A stretch of DNA of 32,431 nt from a virus, in the IMG/VR virus record IMGVR_UViG_3300035042_000032; one strand, written 5' to 3'. Both the position numbers and the translations under genes were made by a program. This document shows, in pieces, positions 20,856-29,583 of this stretch; position 1 is the first letter of the stretch, and each line of letters starts with the position of its first letter. The notes under the pieces are model-generated. The model was given only the letters and a program-made list of their open reading frames with translations, was not told where the DNA came from and searched no databases.

Positions 20856-21410
20856 CTAAGCCTTGAAGAGCTTCATGAGCTTGAAACCATCTGCTGGGTC
20901 GGGTCGTCCGGTGAAAGATACGGTGATTTCATCAAGTCCATCTTCATTCACACCCTTGAAGTTGAATGATGCCCCTGCGTCCATGTTGGCATTGAACAGG
21001 GTAAACTGCCAGTCAACCGTGGTCAAGGAAGCATCACTGTAGTGAGTCATTCTCACTTGGACGTCGGAGAGGTCAACGACATGGTCGGCTCCTGCAAAGT
21101 CCAAATCATCACCAGCGGAAGGGGTGCTTGCGATGGTCTTGGTGAGAATCCCATCAAACACCTTCACGATGGTTGCAGGGTCCCAGTTCCACAAGGCCGA
21201 TGGCGCAAGGGCACAAGTGAAGTTCTTTGCTTTCTTGATAAGGTCTTTGTAGTTGCCTGCATCAAGCCTAATCTCGTCCCAGTTAAGGGTTGCTGTAGCA
21301 CCTGCTGCTACAATACCGATGTCAGTCCACGTGACCCCATTGTCTGTTGATACTTCCAACTGGAAGCCGTCTGGAAACTGATAATTCGCTTGGTCTGTCT
21401 GTCTAGGCAT
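20856..21410 (-). CDS. Major tail protein (184 aa)
   Basis: Position after the tail-completion genes and before the chaperone; size; paralogous to the next gene. Confidence 0.7.
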   Translation of the reverse strand: MPRQTDQANYQFPDGFQLEVSTDNGVTWTDIGIVAAGATATLNWDEIRLDAGNYKDLIKKAKNFTCALAPSALWNWDPATIVKVFDGILTKTIASTPSAGDDLDFAGADHVVDLSDVQVRMTHYSDASLTTVDWQFTLFNANMDAGASFNFKGVNEDGLDEITVSFTGRPDPADGFKLMKLFKA

Positions 21411-21414
21411 TGCG

Positions 21415-21795
21415 TTATCTCCTGTAATTTACTTCTACTGGACAAAGCCAGTGGTAATCCTCATAAGCAGGTGGTTGTATGACCGCTTGCATATATCCAT
21501 CATAAAACACCCTATTGAGTGCATCGTATACTTTCTGTGCTATCTCTATAGCCTTCGCTTCGCTTGTTGACCGACAGGACACTTGGAAGGTCTGCGGTCT
21601 GTAGTCTCCCGATCCAAAACTGGAAACAGGGAATATCTGTATGGTCTTTTCAAGGTCTTGGAATTGCGTTGGTATAACCTGGTTATTGAATATAGCAGGA
21701 TAGGTGGTAGCCCCTACGGTGAATGAAGAAAGCAAAGAGGTTACAGAGGTGTCAACGCTCAAAATCTCATAGATGTTAAATCTTGCTGTTTGCAC
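21415..21795 (-). CDS. Tail terminator/completion-like protein (126 aa)
   Basis: Position only. Confidence 0.45.
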   Translation of the reverse strand: MQTARFNIYEILSVDTSVTSLLSSFTVGATTYPAIFNNQVIPTQFQDLEKTIQIFPVSSFGSGDYRPQTFQVSCRSTSEAKAIEIAQKVYDALNRVFYDGYMQAVIQPPAYEDYHWLCPVEVNYRR

Positions 21796-22204
21796 GTTCT
21801 GCCTCCATTGCCTTTCGGCTGTATCGCTTCAAAATGTCCGCCACATCACCACCATCCACCAGCTCTTTAGCAGGTCTAAGGTAGGGTTGTGCAGGTTGCT
21901 TCACCGTTCCGTATTCTTGGAAGTATGCGTGCTCCACATTCGACCCTACATACACCTCGTTTTCCTTCAGCCCTGCCTTGTCAAGCGGTGGTGCTTTCTG
22001 GTCACTAGAGCGGTTGTTGAGCAATGCGCTTTTGGTATGACTTATCACGCTGATGGAGTTCCTAAGCTGTCCTTGGTCAACAGGAGCAAGCACCTTCGCC
22101 TGTGAAGCAATGACCCTGCCGTATTCAAACGCTGTCTCTACATTGGCACGCTCTACTGCCTTCTTTACATTGACCAGCTTTGTTCTGGTTATCTTGGTCT
22201 TCAC
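21776..22204 (-). CDS. HK97 gp10-family head-tail joining protein
   Basis: QAKVLAPVDQGQLRNSISV...VGSNVEHAYFQEYGT...QPAQPYLRPA matches the gp10-family pattern. Confidence 0.7.
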   Translation of the reverse strand: MKTKITRTKLVNVKKAVERANVETAFEYGRVIASQAKVLAPVDQGQLRNSISVISHTKSALLNNRSSDQKAPPLDKAGLKENEVYVGSNVEHAYFQEYGTVKQPAQPYLRPAKELVDGGDVADILKRYSRKAMEAERANSKI

Positions 22205-22608
22205 AGTATACCCCCACTATCGCCTAGGACAATGTAATCTTCCGGTGGAGTATCGGTAATCACCTGTGTATCAATACGCTCTGCACCAATGACACACACG
22301 CTTCCTGCAAATCCGACATTGTCGGGGAAGACTATCTTGTACCAGAGTTGATCGTGCCAGATAATGTTCTCCGGTGGAGGTGCGAAGCCTTGGTCAAAGA
22401 TAAACACCTTGTCTACCGTATCCCATACCTTTTCATTGAGCAGTCCCTTCAAAGCGTTCTTCTGGTATCCATGGGCCGCTACCTTGTAGTCGTATTCGTA
22501 TGATGATTCCATTTCCCCTGTCATTGGGTTGTAGGAGGAGAGCGGAGCGTAGAAAAGAATGTCTGTGGTTGGAAAGTCGTTGAAGTGCGATAGGATATTA
22601 CTGAACAT
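22201..22608 (-). CDS. Head-closure/head-tail adaptor-like protein (135 aa)
   Basis: Position only. Confidence 0.45.
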   Translation of the reverse strand: MFSNILSHFNDFPTTDILFYAPLSSYNPMTGEMESSYEYDYKVAAHGYQKNALKGLLNEKVWDTVDKVFIFDQGFAPPPENIIWHDQLWYKIVFPDNVGFAGSVCVIGAERIDTQVITDTPPEDYIVLGDSGGIL

Positions 22609-22652
22609 TACTCAACCTCGTGCCCTTGCGCTACAACCGAAAATCAGCTTTT

Positions 22653-23240
22653 TCATAGCATATACCTGTTGGTCGTATTTGTGTACGGATTGCGCATTGA
22701 CCCTACATCAATCTGTGTTCGCTTGAATCGCTTTATCAAAGCAATCAAGGCTTTTGGATAGCCCCAGTTTTGATCTATCTTGTTGCTGTCGTCATAAGAA
22801 ACACTTAGAACGCCCATGCTCTTTGAAGTAACCCCACTCTGGTTTGCGCTGTCTACCGTAGAGCTTTGGATGTCGTACAAAACCATCTTAGCCACTGCAA
22901 GTTTAAGGGCACTTGGAACAGGGGAGACAGTGAGCGTAAAGCTACCACTATCGGTTGCCCTCTTGTCTATGGTGATACTGTGCTCACAGAAAGAGTAGAT
23001 GGAAGCATCGGGAATGTTGTCCCCTTGTACCTCTGCCCCTTCGTATACGTCATAGAATGATTCTGTGGATTCCAGAATGTATGAATCAGTCGTTGAGGTT
23101 ACATCGAAGGTAAGCCCATAAGACACCCTTGTAATCTGCTTAACCACATCAGCCACGATAGGCTCGTATATGGCAAACAAATCATCGTAGGTGTCACCGC
23201 TTATTTGCAGTAGGCTTTTGAATTCGCTTAGGCTTAGCAT
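22653..23240 (-). CDS. Head-tail connector (gp6-like) protein (195 aa)
   Basis: N-terminus LSEFKSLLQISGDTYDDLFAIYEPIVADVV resembles gp6-like connector N-termini; position after the capsid gene. Confidence 0.55.
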   Translation of the reverse strand: MLSLSEFKSLLQISGDTYDDLFAIYEPIVADVVKQITRVSYGLTFDVTSTTDSYILESTESFYDVYEGAEVQGDNIPDASIYSFCEHSITIDKRATDSGSFTLTVSPVPSALKLAVAKMVLYDIQSSTVDSANQSGVTSKSMGVLSVSYDDSNKIDQNWGYPKALIALIKRFKRTQIDVGSMRNPYTNTTNRYML

Positions 23241-23337
23241 CTGCTACCTTCTTGTTTTTTGGGTTCTCTGCACATCGTGGAATGTGAATCCGACATACGC
23301 TATCTGAATACTCTTGCTTGCAAAATGGACAAATCAT
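23194..23337 (-). CDS. Possible small zinc-ribbon protein (47 aa)
   Basis: ATG 23337 behind GGAGCGATT; MICPFCKQEYSDSVCRIHIPRC then a basic tail. The 3' 47 nt overlap the connector gene, so this is uncertain. Confidence 0.3.
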   Translation of the reverse strand: MICPFCKQEYSDSVCRIHIPRCAENPKNKKVADAKPKRIQKPTANKR

Positions 23338-23351
23338 AATCGCTCCATGAA

Positions 23352-23373
23352 GCCCCACCCCGAAGGGCAGGGC
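23352..23373 (-). other. Stable UUCG-tetraloop hairpin just after the major capsid stop
   Basis: GCCCUGCCC-UUCG-GGGUGGGGC (9 bp including two G.U pairs); no U-tract downstream. Confidence 0.5.
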
Positions 23374-23381
23374 TGTAAAAA

Positions 23382-24518
23382 CTAACCTAGGACACGAACA
23401 GCGAGTTCTGGATACAGGGTCTTTACCCCGTAGAGAATATCCATTCTCCACTTGTTTGCGTCATTGTCGATGTCGTAATCCCTTACGACCCGAAGGCTCA
23501 GACCATCGTATTTGACGGTGTAGGACTCAGCCCCTTCAGCCGGAGCAAGCGGAGCGGTTGCAAAACAGAAAGCGTCTCTCTGGAATGCAATGTTCGCTAC
23601 GTGTGCGCTAGCAGATACATCGGGGAAGGTTACAGCTGCGGAGGTGAAGTCCCCAAAGGCAACCGGAAGGGCTGGGTAGATAGAAACAGCGGCAATGACA
23701 CCGGCTACAGCAGCAGCGGTGTCCGCTGTCACAGTAAAGGTGTAATCGTCAATCTTCAGCAAGTCACCCTTGAGCAACTTTCCGGTGGAAACACCAGCAG
23801 CACTGGTAAGCGCAATCGAGGTTGCTCCAGCTGCGCCAGCGGTAATGGTCACATCTGCCAAAGCAGCATAACCACCTGCGGTGTGGGTCTGGATGTCTGC
23901 ATCAGCTGCCAAAAGCATACCGTACACACGACCGATTGCGGCGTTGCGGAGAGCAGTGTTTGTGCCACTCTTGTCAACCTCTACAAGGCTATCGAGCTGG
24001 AGGAACTTTGCTTCTGCGTCAAAGTCCATGAGGAATGCTCTCCCGTCCCTTGGTGCACGATTCTTGTTGAGCATCTTGTTGATGTTCGCAAGGTCGTCCA
24101 ATCCATCGGGAGTTACACCGGATGTTCCTACATAATAAGGAATGTCAACGTAGAGGGCAGCAAGCGAGTTGTTGACCTTCTCCGCTAATGCAATAGCCGA
24201 TGGCATGATAACCTGTCTGGTAAGGTCGTCAATGTTGAGGGTCAGCTCCTTGCTTGACAACTTGAACGGTACGGTTCTCTGATTGGAGAGCTGTACCTCT
24301 ACTGCGGTTTCTGCAACCTCATTGTATGCCGAAGCAATGGAAGCCGAACCGTCAGCGGTGGAATAGCGAGCAGGTTTGATGACCTGAATAGTATCCCCTG
24401 CCTTACGGAAGGTGTTGTCGAACTGCCGATTGACAAGCGGCAAGAACTTGATTTGATCCTTGAGAATAGGCAATGCTCTTTCTGCAATGAGCTTTGCGGT
24501 TACGAATGAATTACTCAT
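23382..24518 (-). CDS. Major capsid protein (378 aa; P22-coat-like/HK97-fold family)
   Basis: Position after the scaffold. N-terminus MSNSFVTAKLIAERALPILKDQIKFLPLVNRQFDNTFRKAGDTIQVIKPARY is typical of this coat family. Ala/Thr-rich insertion domain. Confidence 0.8.
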   Translation of the reverse strand: MSNSFVTAKLIAERALPILKDQIKFLPLVNRQFDNTFRKAGDTIQVIKPARYSTADGSASIASAYNEVAETAVEVQLSNQRTVPFKLSSKELTLNIDDLTRQVIMPSAIALAEKVNNSLAALYVDIPYYVGTSGVTPDGLDDLANINKMLNKNRAPRDGRAFLMDFDAEAKFLQLDSLVEVDKSGTNTALRNAAIGRVYGMLLAADADIQTHTAGGYAALADVTITAGAAGATSIALTSAAGVSTGKLLKGDLLKIDDYTFTVTADTAAAVAGVIAAVSIYPALPVAFGDFTSAAVTFPDVSASAHVANIAFQRDAFCFATAPLAPAEGAESYTVKYDGLSLRVVRDYDIDNDANKWRMDILYGVKTLYPELAVRVLG

Positions 24519-24530
24519 GTAAATCTCCTG

Positions 24531-25223
24531 TTAAAATGTGCCTGCTGCCTTCATGGAAGCCGCAAGGTCGAAGTCTGGTGCGCCCCCGTCTGGAGGTGTG
24601 TCGCTAGAAGCGTTCTGGGCTTTGATACTCTTCATGAACTCATCGTACTGCGCTGATACCTGCTTGATTCTCTCAACCGTCTCTGCTTCATCGTTTCCAA
24701 GATAGGCATCGAGATTGACAAACGGAGGGAGCTTTCTGTCGCCCAACTCTTTTTGCGCTACCTCTTTCAATGCCGCTCTGGTTGCTCTCTTGTCGCTCTC
24801 TTCCTTCTCATGTCGAAGGGTTTCAAGGTCTGCTTGCATCTTGGCGAATTCATAATCTCGCTTCCTTGCAGGTTTGTCCTTGTCGGGAGCGTCCAACCAA
24901 GCCTTTTTCAACGCTTCGAGGTCGTCCATAGGAACCTTTGCCCTTAGTTCTTCTAACTGTGTTGTGAGTTTTTGACGCTCTGAATCGAACTCTGTTTTCA
25001 GTTCCGCTTGCTTTGTATCAAGCGTCTTGTTGATTCTTGCGTCCACGTAAGACTTCAAAGGTGCGGTCTCTTCGAACAGCTTCACCTTCTCCGCATCGGA
25101 AAGCCCCGAAAGTGTTGAATCCAACCCCGCCAGTTCTTTCTTTACGTCTTCTAGTGTACTCCCTTCCTTGAGCGTTGTCAACTTCGAGAATACATGGTTT
25201 GCTACTAGTTCTGTTAATGTCAT
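24531..25223 (-). CDS. Scaffolding protein (230 aa)
   Basis: Highly charged helical protein between the head-morphogenesis and capsid genes. Confidence 0.6.
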   Translation of the reverse strand: MTLTELVANHVFSKLTTLKEGSTLEDVKKELAGLDSTLSGLSDAEKVKLFEETAPLKSYVDARINKTLDTKQAELKTEFDSERQKLTTQLEELRAKVPMDDLEALKKAWLDAPDKDKPARKRDYEFAKMQADLETLRHEKEESDKRATRAALKEVAQKELGDRKLPPFVNLDAYLGNDEAETVERIKQVSAQYDEFMKSIKAQNASSDTPPDGGAPDFDLAASMKAAGTF

Positions 25224-25256
25224 TTTGTGCTCCCTTGGGATTTCTCCCTTCTATAT

Positions 25257-26258
25257 CTAAGTAACCTTGGTTACTTCTTTTTTCCATTTGTCATAGTTCT
25301 TGTAAGTGATGATTGTAGACTTGCCTGTCACTGGGTCTTTACCCCTTCTCACTGTCGGCTCCAAACCTTCAATGATTTCAATGGTTGTGCATCTACAATT
25401 GATATTATTACGAGCTTCAGTAAAGTTGCCAGGATATAAGGCACGATCCGAACCAATGCGAAAGTATTCATCAATCCCTATCGTGGTTCCGTCCAACGCC
25501 CCATGCTCGTCTCTTGTCCTGTCGTCAAGGGTAGCAATCCAACGCTTTTTCTTGGATACATTGCTTGTCTTGGATTCTGTGTATACCCCTGCGTTGTAAC
25601 ATCGGTTCCCTTCTGTCCTTACTACTCTTTGGGTCTTAAAAGCGGAATTAGCAAAGATAGGTTTCAAAGACTCCACTTGCTTGTTGTAACTCACCCCACT
25701 GATAAAGCCTTGCTTCACCGTCTGCTGTATCTTGGTAAGGTCAGCGGTAGCATTGTCTGCCAATATCTGTTTGAGCGTCTTGCCTGTCTTGGGTACAATG
25801 CCTAGGGCAATCTCTTTGAGTCGTTCGTTTCTGATAGCCTTCCAGATATCCAAATCCCCCGTGACCGCAAGCTCTGTGACAAGAGGGTTGAGAAGGGGTG
25901 CAGTTTCCTTGATTCCCAGAATGCCACTGAAGGACTCTGTTACATATCTGCTCCGGTAATACCCCTCTTCCACAACATCGGTCAGCCCTTGTTTTACTTG
26001 TGCATAAGCCTTTCGGGTGGTGTCCAAGAAGATACCTTGCATTTCCTTGTTGAGCTTTTCTAGACGCTTGTATTGGTTCATGACCACCCAATAATCAGAT
26101 ACATCGGTGTTTACCAGATATTCTGCGTAGGTAGTCTTGAGCAGGGAAAGGATGGAGTCACGCTCAGAGCGGTAGAGCGCAAGGATTTCCCTTGCCTGTT
26201 GCTCTATCCGCTTGTCGGTGAGTTCATGCGCTTGCGTCTGTAAGCTCTGTATGCTCAT
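25257..26258 (-). CDS. Head morphogenesis protein, SPP1 gp7 / Mu F family
   Basis: WIATLDDRTRDEHGALDGTTIGIDEYF...NCRCTT is the family signature. ATGA overlap with the portal gene. Confidence 0.85.
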   Translation of the reverse strand: MSIQSLQTQAHELTDKRIEQQAREILALYRSERDSILSLLKTTYAEYLVNTDVSDYWVVMNQYKRLEKLNKEMQGIFLDTTRKAYAQVKQGLTDVVEEGYYRSRYVTESFSGILGIKETAPLLNPLVTELAVTGDLDIWKAIRNERLKEIALGIVPKTGKTLKQILADNATADLTKIQQTVKQGFISGVSYNKQVESLKPIFANSAFKTQRVVRTEGNRCYNAGVYTESKTSNVSKKKRWIATLDDRTRDEHGALDGTTIGIDEYFRIGSDRALYPGNFTEARNNINCRCTTIEIIEGLEPTVRRGKDPVTGKSTIITYKNYDKWKKEVTKVT

Positions 26259-27538
26259 AGCTCTATCTGTGGTGCCTCCGCACTCTTGCGTTCTGCGATT
26301 TCCTCAGCGTCCATGTTGGGGATACGCTCTATCAAGGTTTGGCTGTCTACATACCCTGCCATGAGGTTATTCTCTTCCAGGATAGCCTTCACATTGTCCG
26401 GTATGTTCCGCTCTATCTTGATGGTCAAAGGCTCTACCTTGGTATTCACCCCCATAACCGTCATGGATTCAATGAGAGTGTCTATCAGCTCGTAGCGTCT
26501 TTCAAGACCTTCTTGCCTGTATGCCACAATCTCACTTGCCTTGAGTTCCATCGGATAAATGCGGTATTTAAGAGCAGTACCTGAAGGGTCTTGCCCTAGA
26601 TCAAGTTTTGTGAAGTCGAAGATACCGCTAATCTTATGAAGCTCGTTGATGAAGTGATTGAGCATTGCTTCACGTAGGTCTGGGTCAAGGTTCTGTTCCA
26701 CAAAGTCAAAGAAGTCCTTCCCGTTGCCTTGGTCTCCCTTCTCCATGCCAAAGACAGCATTGAGAGCAGAGAGGTTCTTCACAAGCTCGTCCGTCTTTTC
26801 TAGTGAGGTTATCAGCGTTCCCCTAGCATGTCGGTCAAGAGCGTTGAGTGTGTTGGTCTGTAATGCGTCTATGATGTCTACATAGTTTTTGACACACAAC
26901 CATGTCGGGGTGGAGGTGGAATTATTTTGGGTAATGACCCATGGGACCATGCCATAGTCATTCGGCACTTCCTTGTCAAACTCCCAAACACCTTCAACCT
27001 TGGTGTACACATCTGTTCTATCTGCGTAATACACACGCATCATTGTTTCCTGTTGCCAGATAACCGATAGGAGTTCCTTTGCTATTGATGTGCTATAGAC
27101 AGGCTCAACTTGCATCGGGGAGACGTCAACGAATCTGGGTATTACCTTGTCCCCGTCCTTTTCTATGAAATGCAGCTCGCATGATTTACCGAAGATACCA
27201 GCTTGCTTGATTTGCTTTGAGGTAAGGGTGTTCTCATGGTTCTTCTTATTGATCGCATCGATAAGCTCTTTGTATTTGCCTTCACCCACATAATTGATTG
27301 ACTCTGGGCTCCCCATGTATCCTGCCATGATGTCAACGATGTATCTTGGATAACCGGAGGGTGAGAAATTGTTTGGGCTAATTCGTGAGGCTTCCCGATG
27401 ATTCCAAATCTTCCTAAGCTCAGATGGGTCACCATTATAATACGATTCCCATTCCCTAAGATTGTCACATTCTATTGCGAAGCCCTCTACATCGGGCACA
27501 TACATCTTATTCTTAATCTTTACCAAATCTGCTCTCAT
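26255..27538 (-). CDS. Portal protein (427 aa)
   Basis: Directly downstream of terL (ATGA overlap); its size and N-terminal region look like SPP1-type portal proteins. Confidence 0.85.
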   Translation of the reverse strand: MRADLVKIKNKMYVPDVEGFAIECDNLREWESYYNGDPSELRKIWNHREASRISPNNFSPSGYPRYIVDIMAGYMGSPESINYVGEGKYKELIDAINKKNHENTLTSKQIKQAGIFGKSCELHFIEKDGDKVIPRFVDVSPMQVEPVYSTSIAKELLSVIWQQETMMRVYYADRTDVYTKVEGVWEFDKEVPNDYGMVPWVITQNNSTSTPTWLCVKNYVDIIDALQTNTLNALDRHARGTLITSLEKTDELVKNLSALNAVFGMEKGDQGNGKDFFDFVEQNLDPDLREAMLNHFINELHKISGIFDFTKLDLGQDPSGTALKYRIYPMELKASEIVAYRQEGLERRYELIDTLIESMTVMGVNTKVEPLTIKIERNIPDNVKAILEENNLMAGYVDSQTLIERIPNMDAEEIAERKSAEAPQIEL

Positions 27539-28737
27539 AATCCGAGTGCCCCCATGTTTATATTTTCTGCCTGTGGTTTACGCTCTTTATATCGCTCTGT
27601 TGCGTACCTAAGGCTGTCGATTAGATGGTTGTACTTATCTTCCGGTATCGGCATGATATCCCCAGTAGTGGAGTTTACCTTGTAGGAATACAGCTTGAAT
27701 TCCTCTATCGTGTGCTTGCAGCGAGGATGGATAATGACCTTCTTGAAGTTCCTTATGCGCTCTATCCCTGCGTTGATAGAACCCTTGCCCTTCTTGGCTG
27801 AACTTATCCTAAAGCCTTGACGCTTCATGTAGCTAATCAGCTCCGGCCTTGCGCTATCTGCGATGATAGGCCATGAGCGAGTGGTTGGGATGGTATCGAA
27901 CAAAGCCGGATGATCGTCTATCTCCACCCCTACGCCATATGCTTCTGCGTCAATGTACAAGCACCCCTCGTGTGCGTAACATCGGATAACAGCGGTTGGA
28001 TCGTGAGCAAATCCCCAGTCAGCACCGTGCATGTAGTGAGGTTCTGGAATGGTTGTGAAGTCGTCAACAATAAACTTCCCTGCGAAGATACAAGAGTCAG
28101 AGAAGTTGCGAGGTTTCCCTTCCCACACCCAAAGGTATTTGTCATAGTTGTATTCCTTGTCGTTCTCCATTTCCTTACGGAGGACTTCTGGGAAGTATGG
28201 GTTATCCAAGAAGGTTTGGAACAATACAAAAGCGTCCTTGTTCTTGTGCTTTACGAACATGCGATAAACAGGGTCGTCTTCAGTATCGGTGTTGAAGTCT
28301 ATGTAGAACTTTGATCCCTCTGCCCTTATCGTGGGAATGAGCTTGTCCCATGAGGACTGTGGCACCTTGTCTGCTTCTGCAACCCATACCCTGGTTATCC
28401 CTTCCATGCTCTTGATGGAGTCGATGTTGTGCCTTAGACCCTTGAAGATAAACTCGCTTCCGGTTATTGAAGTGATGGAAGTCTTTTGGATTGTGAACAG
28501 CTTATCAAGGCCCAACATGCTTATCTGTTCAACAAGGGTATAGTATACGGATTCATTGATGGAGTTCTGGAACTCTCTGGTACATAGGATACGGTGTCGC
28601 TTTTCAATCGCTTCTACCAGCAATCCTCTAGCAATAGACCAAGTAGCTCCCTTTCCCCTTCCACCGTATACCACATTGTATCGGTAGAGGTCGGTGAAGA
28701 ATGGCTTGTATTGGTGAAGGATTCCTACTTCTGCCAT
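27535..28737 (-). CDS. terL: Terminase large subunit (PBSX/Terminase_3 type)
   Basis: YNVVYGGRGKGATWSIARGLL (Walker A), ILCTREFQNSI, WVAEAD (Walker B), C-terminal nuclease region ...IIADSARPE... Confidence 0.92.
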   Translation of the reverse strand: MAEVGILHQYKPFFTDLYRYNVVYGGRGKGATWSIARGLLVEAIEKRHRILCTREFQNSINESVYYTLVEQISMLGLDKLFTIQKTSITSITGSEFIFKGLRHNIDSIKSMEGITRVWVAEADKVPQSSWDKLIPTIRAEGSKFYIDFNTDTEDDPVYRMFVKHKNKDAFVLFQTFLDNPYFPEVLRKEMENDKEYNYDKYLWVWEGKPRNFSDSCIFAGKFIVDDFTTIPEPHYMHGADWGFAHDPTAVIRCYAHEGCLYIDAEAYGVGVEIDDHPALFDTIPTTRSWPIIADSARPELISYMKRQGFRISSAKKGKGSINAGIERIRNFKKVIIHPRCKHTIEEFKLYSYKVNSTTGDIMPIPEDKYNHLIDSLRYATERYKERKPQAENINMGALGL

Positions 28738-29183
28738 GTTACCTTGATTGGTTCTCCGTCTTTGCCTGTCATTTCAATATCTTGTTTGTCACGCCAGCTT
28801 TGAGGTCTACGGTTCTTGAGCCAGAAAAAACATGCAGTAGAGTCTGGTGGTTGGTATCGTGCTACCATCTTTGTCTCAAGTTTCTCTATCTGTCTACCTT
28901 CTTCATCATAAGCCTTGCACTTAAACCCTATCTCTTCCATATAGGAGAATCCACTAGCTCTTGTGAACAGTGCTTCTGACACTATAGAATCAGATACTAT
29001 CTTACCCTTTTTTAAGGACTCCGAAAAATCCTTATGCTCAAGTTTCCAAAGGTTGAATGTTGATACACTCACCTCAAAAAAGTCTGCCATTTCCTTGTCA
29101 GTCGCACCAAGCCTACAAAGCTTTTCAGCTTGTTTACAATACTCTTCCTTGAATTTGCTTGGTCTCCCTACATTCTTAGCCAT
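28725..29183 (-). CDS. terS: Terminase small subunit
   Basis: MAKNVGRPSKFKEEYCKQAEKLCRLGATDKEMADFFEVSVSTFNLWK is the typical HTH N-terminus of this terS family, with ...WLKNRRPQSWRDK. Overlaps the terL start. Confidence 0.8.
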   Translation of the reverse strand: MAKNVGRPSKFKEEYCKQAEKLCRLGATDKEMADFFEVSVSTFNLWKLEHKDFSESLKKGKIVSDSIVSEALFTRASGFSYMEEIGFKCKAYDEEGRQIEKLETKMVARYQPPDSTACFFWLKNRRPQSWRDKQDIEMTGKDGEPIKVTWQK

Positions 29184-29189
29184 GCTTTA

Positions 29190-29217
29190 ATTATAACACC
29201 TTTTACTTATATGTCAA
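29190..29217 (-). promoter_or_regulatory. Consensus sigma70 promoter abutting the terS start codon
   Basis: Minus strand TTGACA (29217-29212), 16 nt, TGtTATAAT (-10 at 29195-29190), then TAAAGC-ATG. The A of the ATG (29183) is the 7th nt after the -10. Confidence 0.7.
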
Positions 29218-29230
29218 CTATACAAGAAAA

Positions 29231-29262
29231 CCCTAGATACCGCACAGGCTAAATATCTAGGG
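29231..29262 (-). terminator. Intrinsic terminator closing the early region
   Basis: CCCUAGAUA-14 nt-UAUCUAGGG (perfect 9-bp stem) followed by UUUUCUUGU. Confidence 0.65.
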
Positions 29263-29297
29263 TCATTGCTATGAATTGTGAATTCCAGAAACTATAG

Positions 29298-29471
29298 TCA
29301 GTATAACATGGGCTGGTGAGTTGTCAAGGATTGTTTTCCTTCATGGCGTATCCTTCTCCGCATTCTCTTTTTGATCGTGCTTGCGCTGCGTTCCATGTAT
29401 CTAAAGGCATGACGCCAATACAGCAAGTCCCATTCATCGCCTGTCTTTGCTTTTTGTCTTGTTCCCATCAT
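29298..29471 (-). CDS. Hypothetical basic protein (57 aa)
   Basis: Start set at ATG 29471, 7 nt after GGGGGAGAG. Arg/Lys-rich C-terminal part (IKKRMRRRIRHEGK). Confidence 0.6.
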   Translation of the reverse strand: MMGTRQKAKTGDEWDLLYWRHAFRYMERSASTIKKRMRRRIRHEGKQSLTTHQPMLY

Positions 29472-29583
29472 ATAGCTCTCCCCCACCAGTCATAGTATCA
29501 CCTTTCCTAGGTTACTCTACTCAGTGGCTTACCAACACAAGTTGGTCTTGCTCCCCTACGAAGAGTGGCTGGTTTTTATAGTG

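Noticed and set aside
22612-22656. 14-codon mini-ORF MKKLIFGCSARARG with a lipobox-like LIFGC between the connector and adaptor genes
   Set aside because: It is too short to be a lipoprotein (nothing follows the Cys) and has no SD. The gap is better explained as the RBS region of ORF 22201..22608.
23194-23451. 85-aa version of the ORF overlapping the 3' end of the major capsid gene
   Set aside because: The first 38 codons lie inside the capsid gene out of frame and look non-protein-like (..SRTRCSCPRLVF..). Only the part from ATG 23337 has an RBS, so only that short form was kept, and at low confidence.
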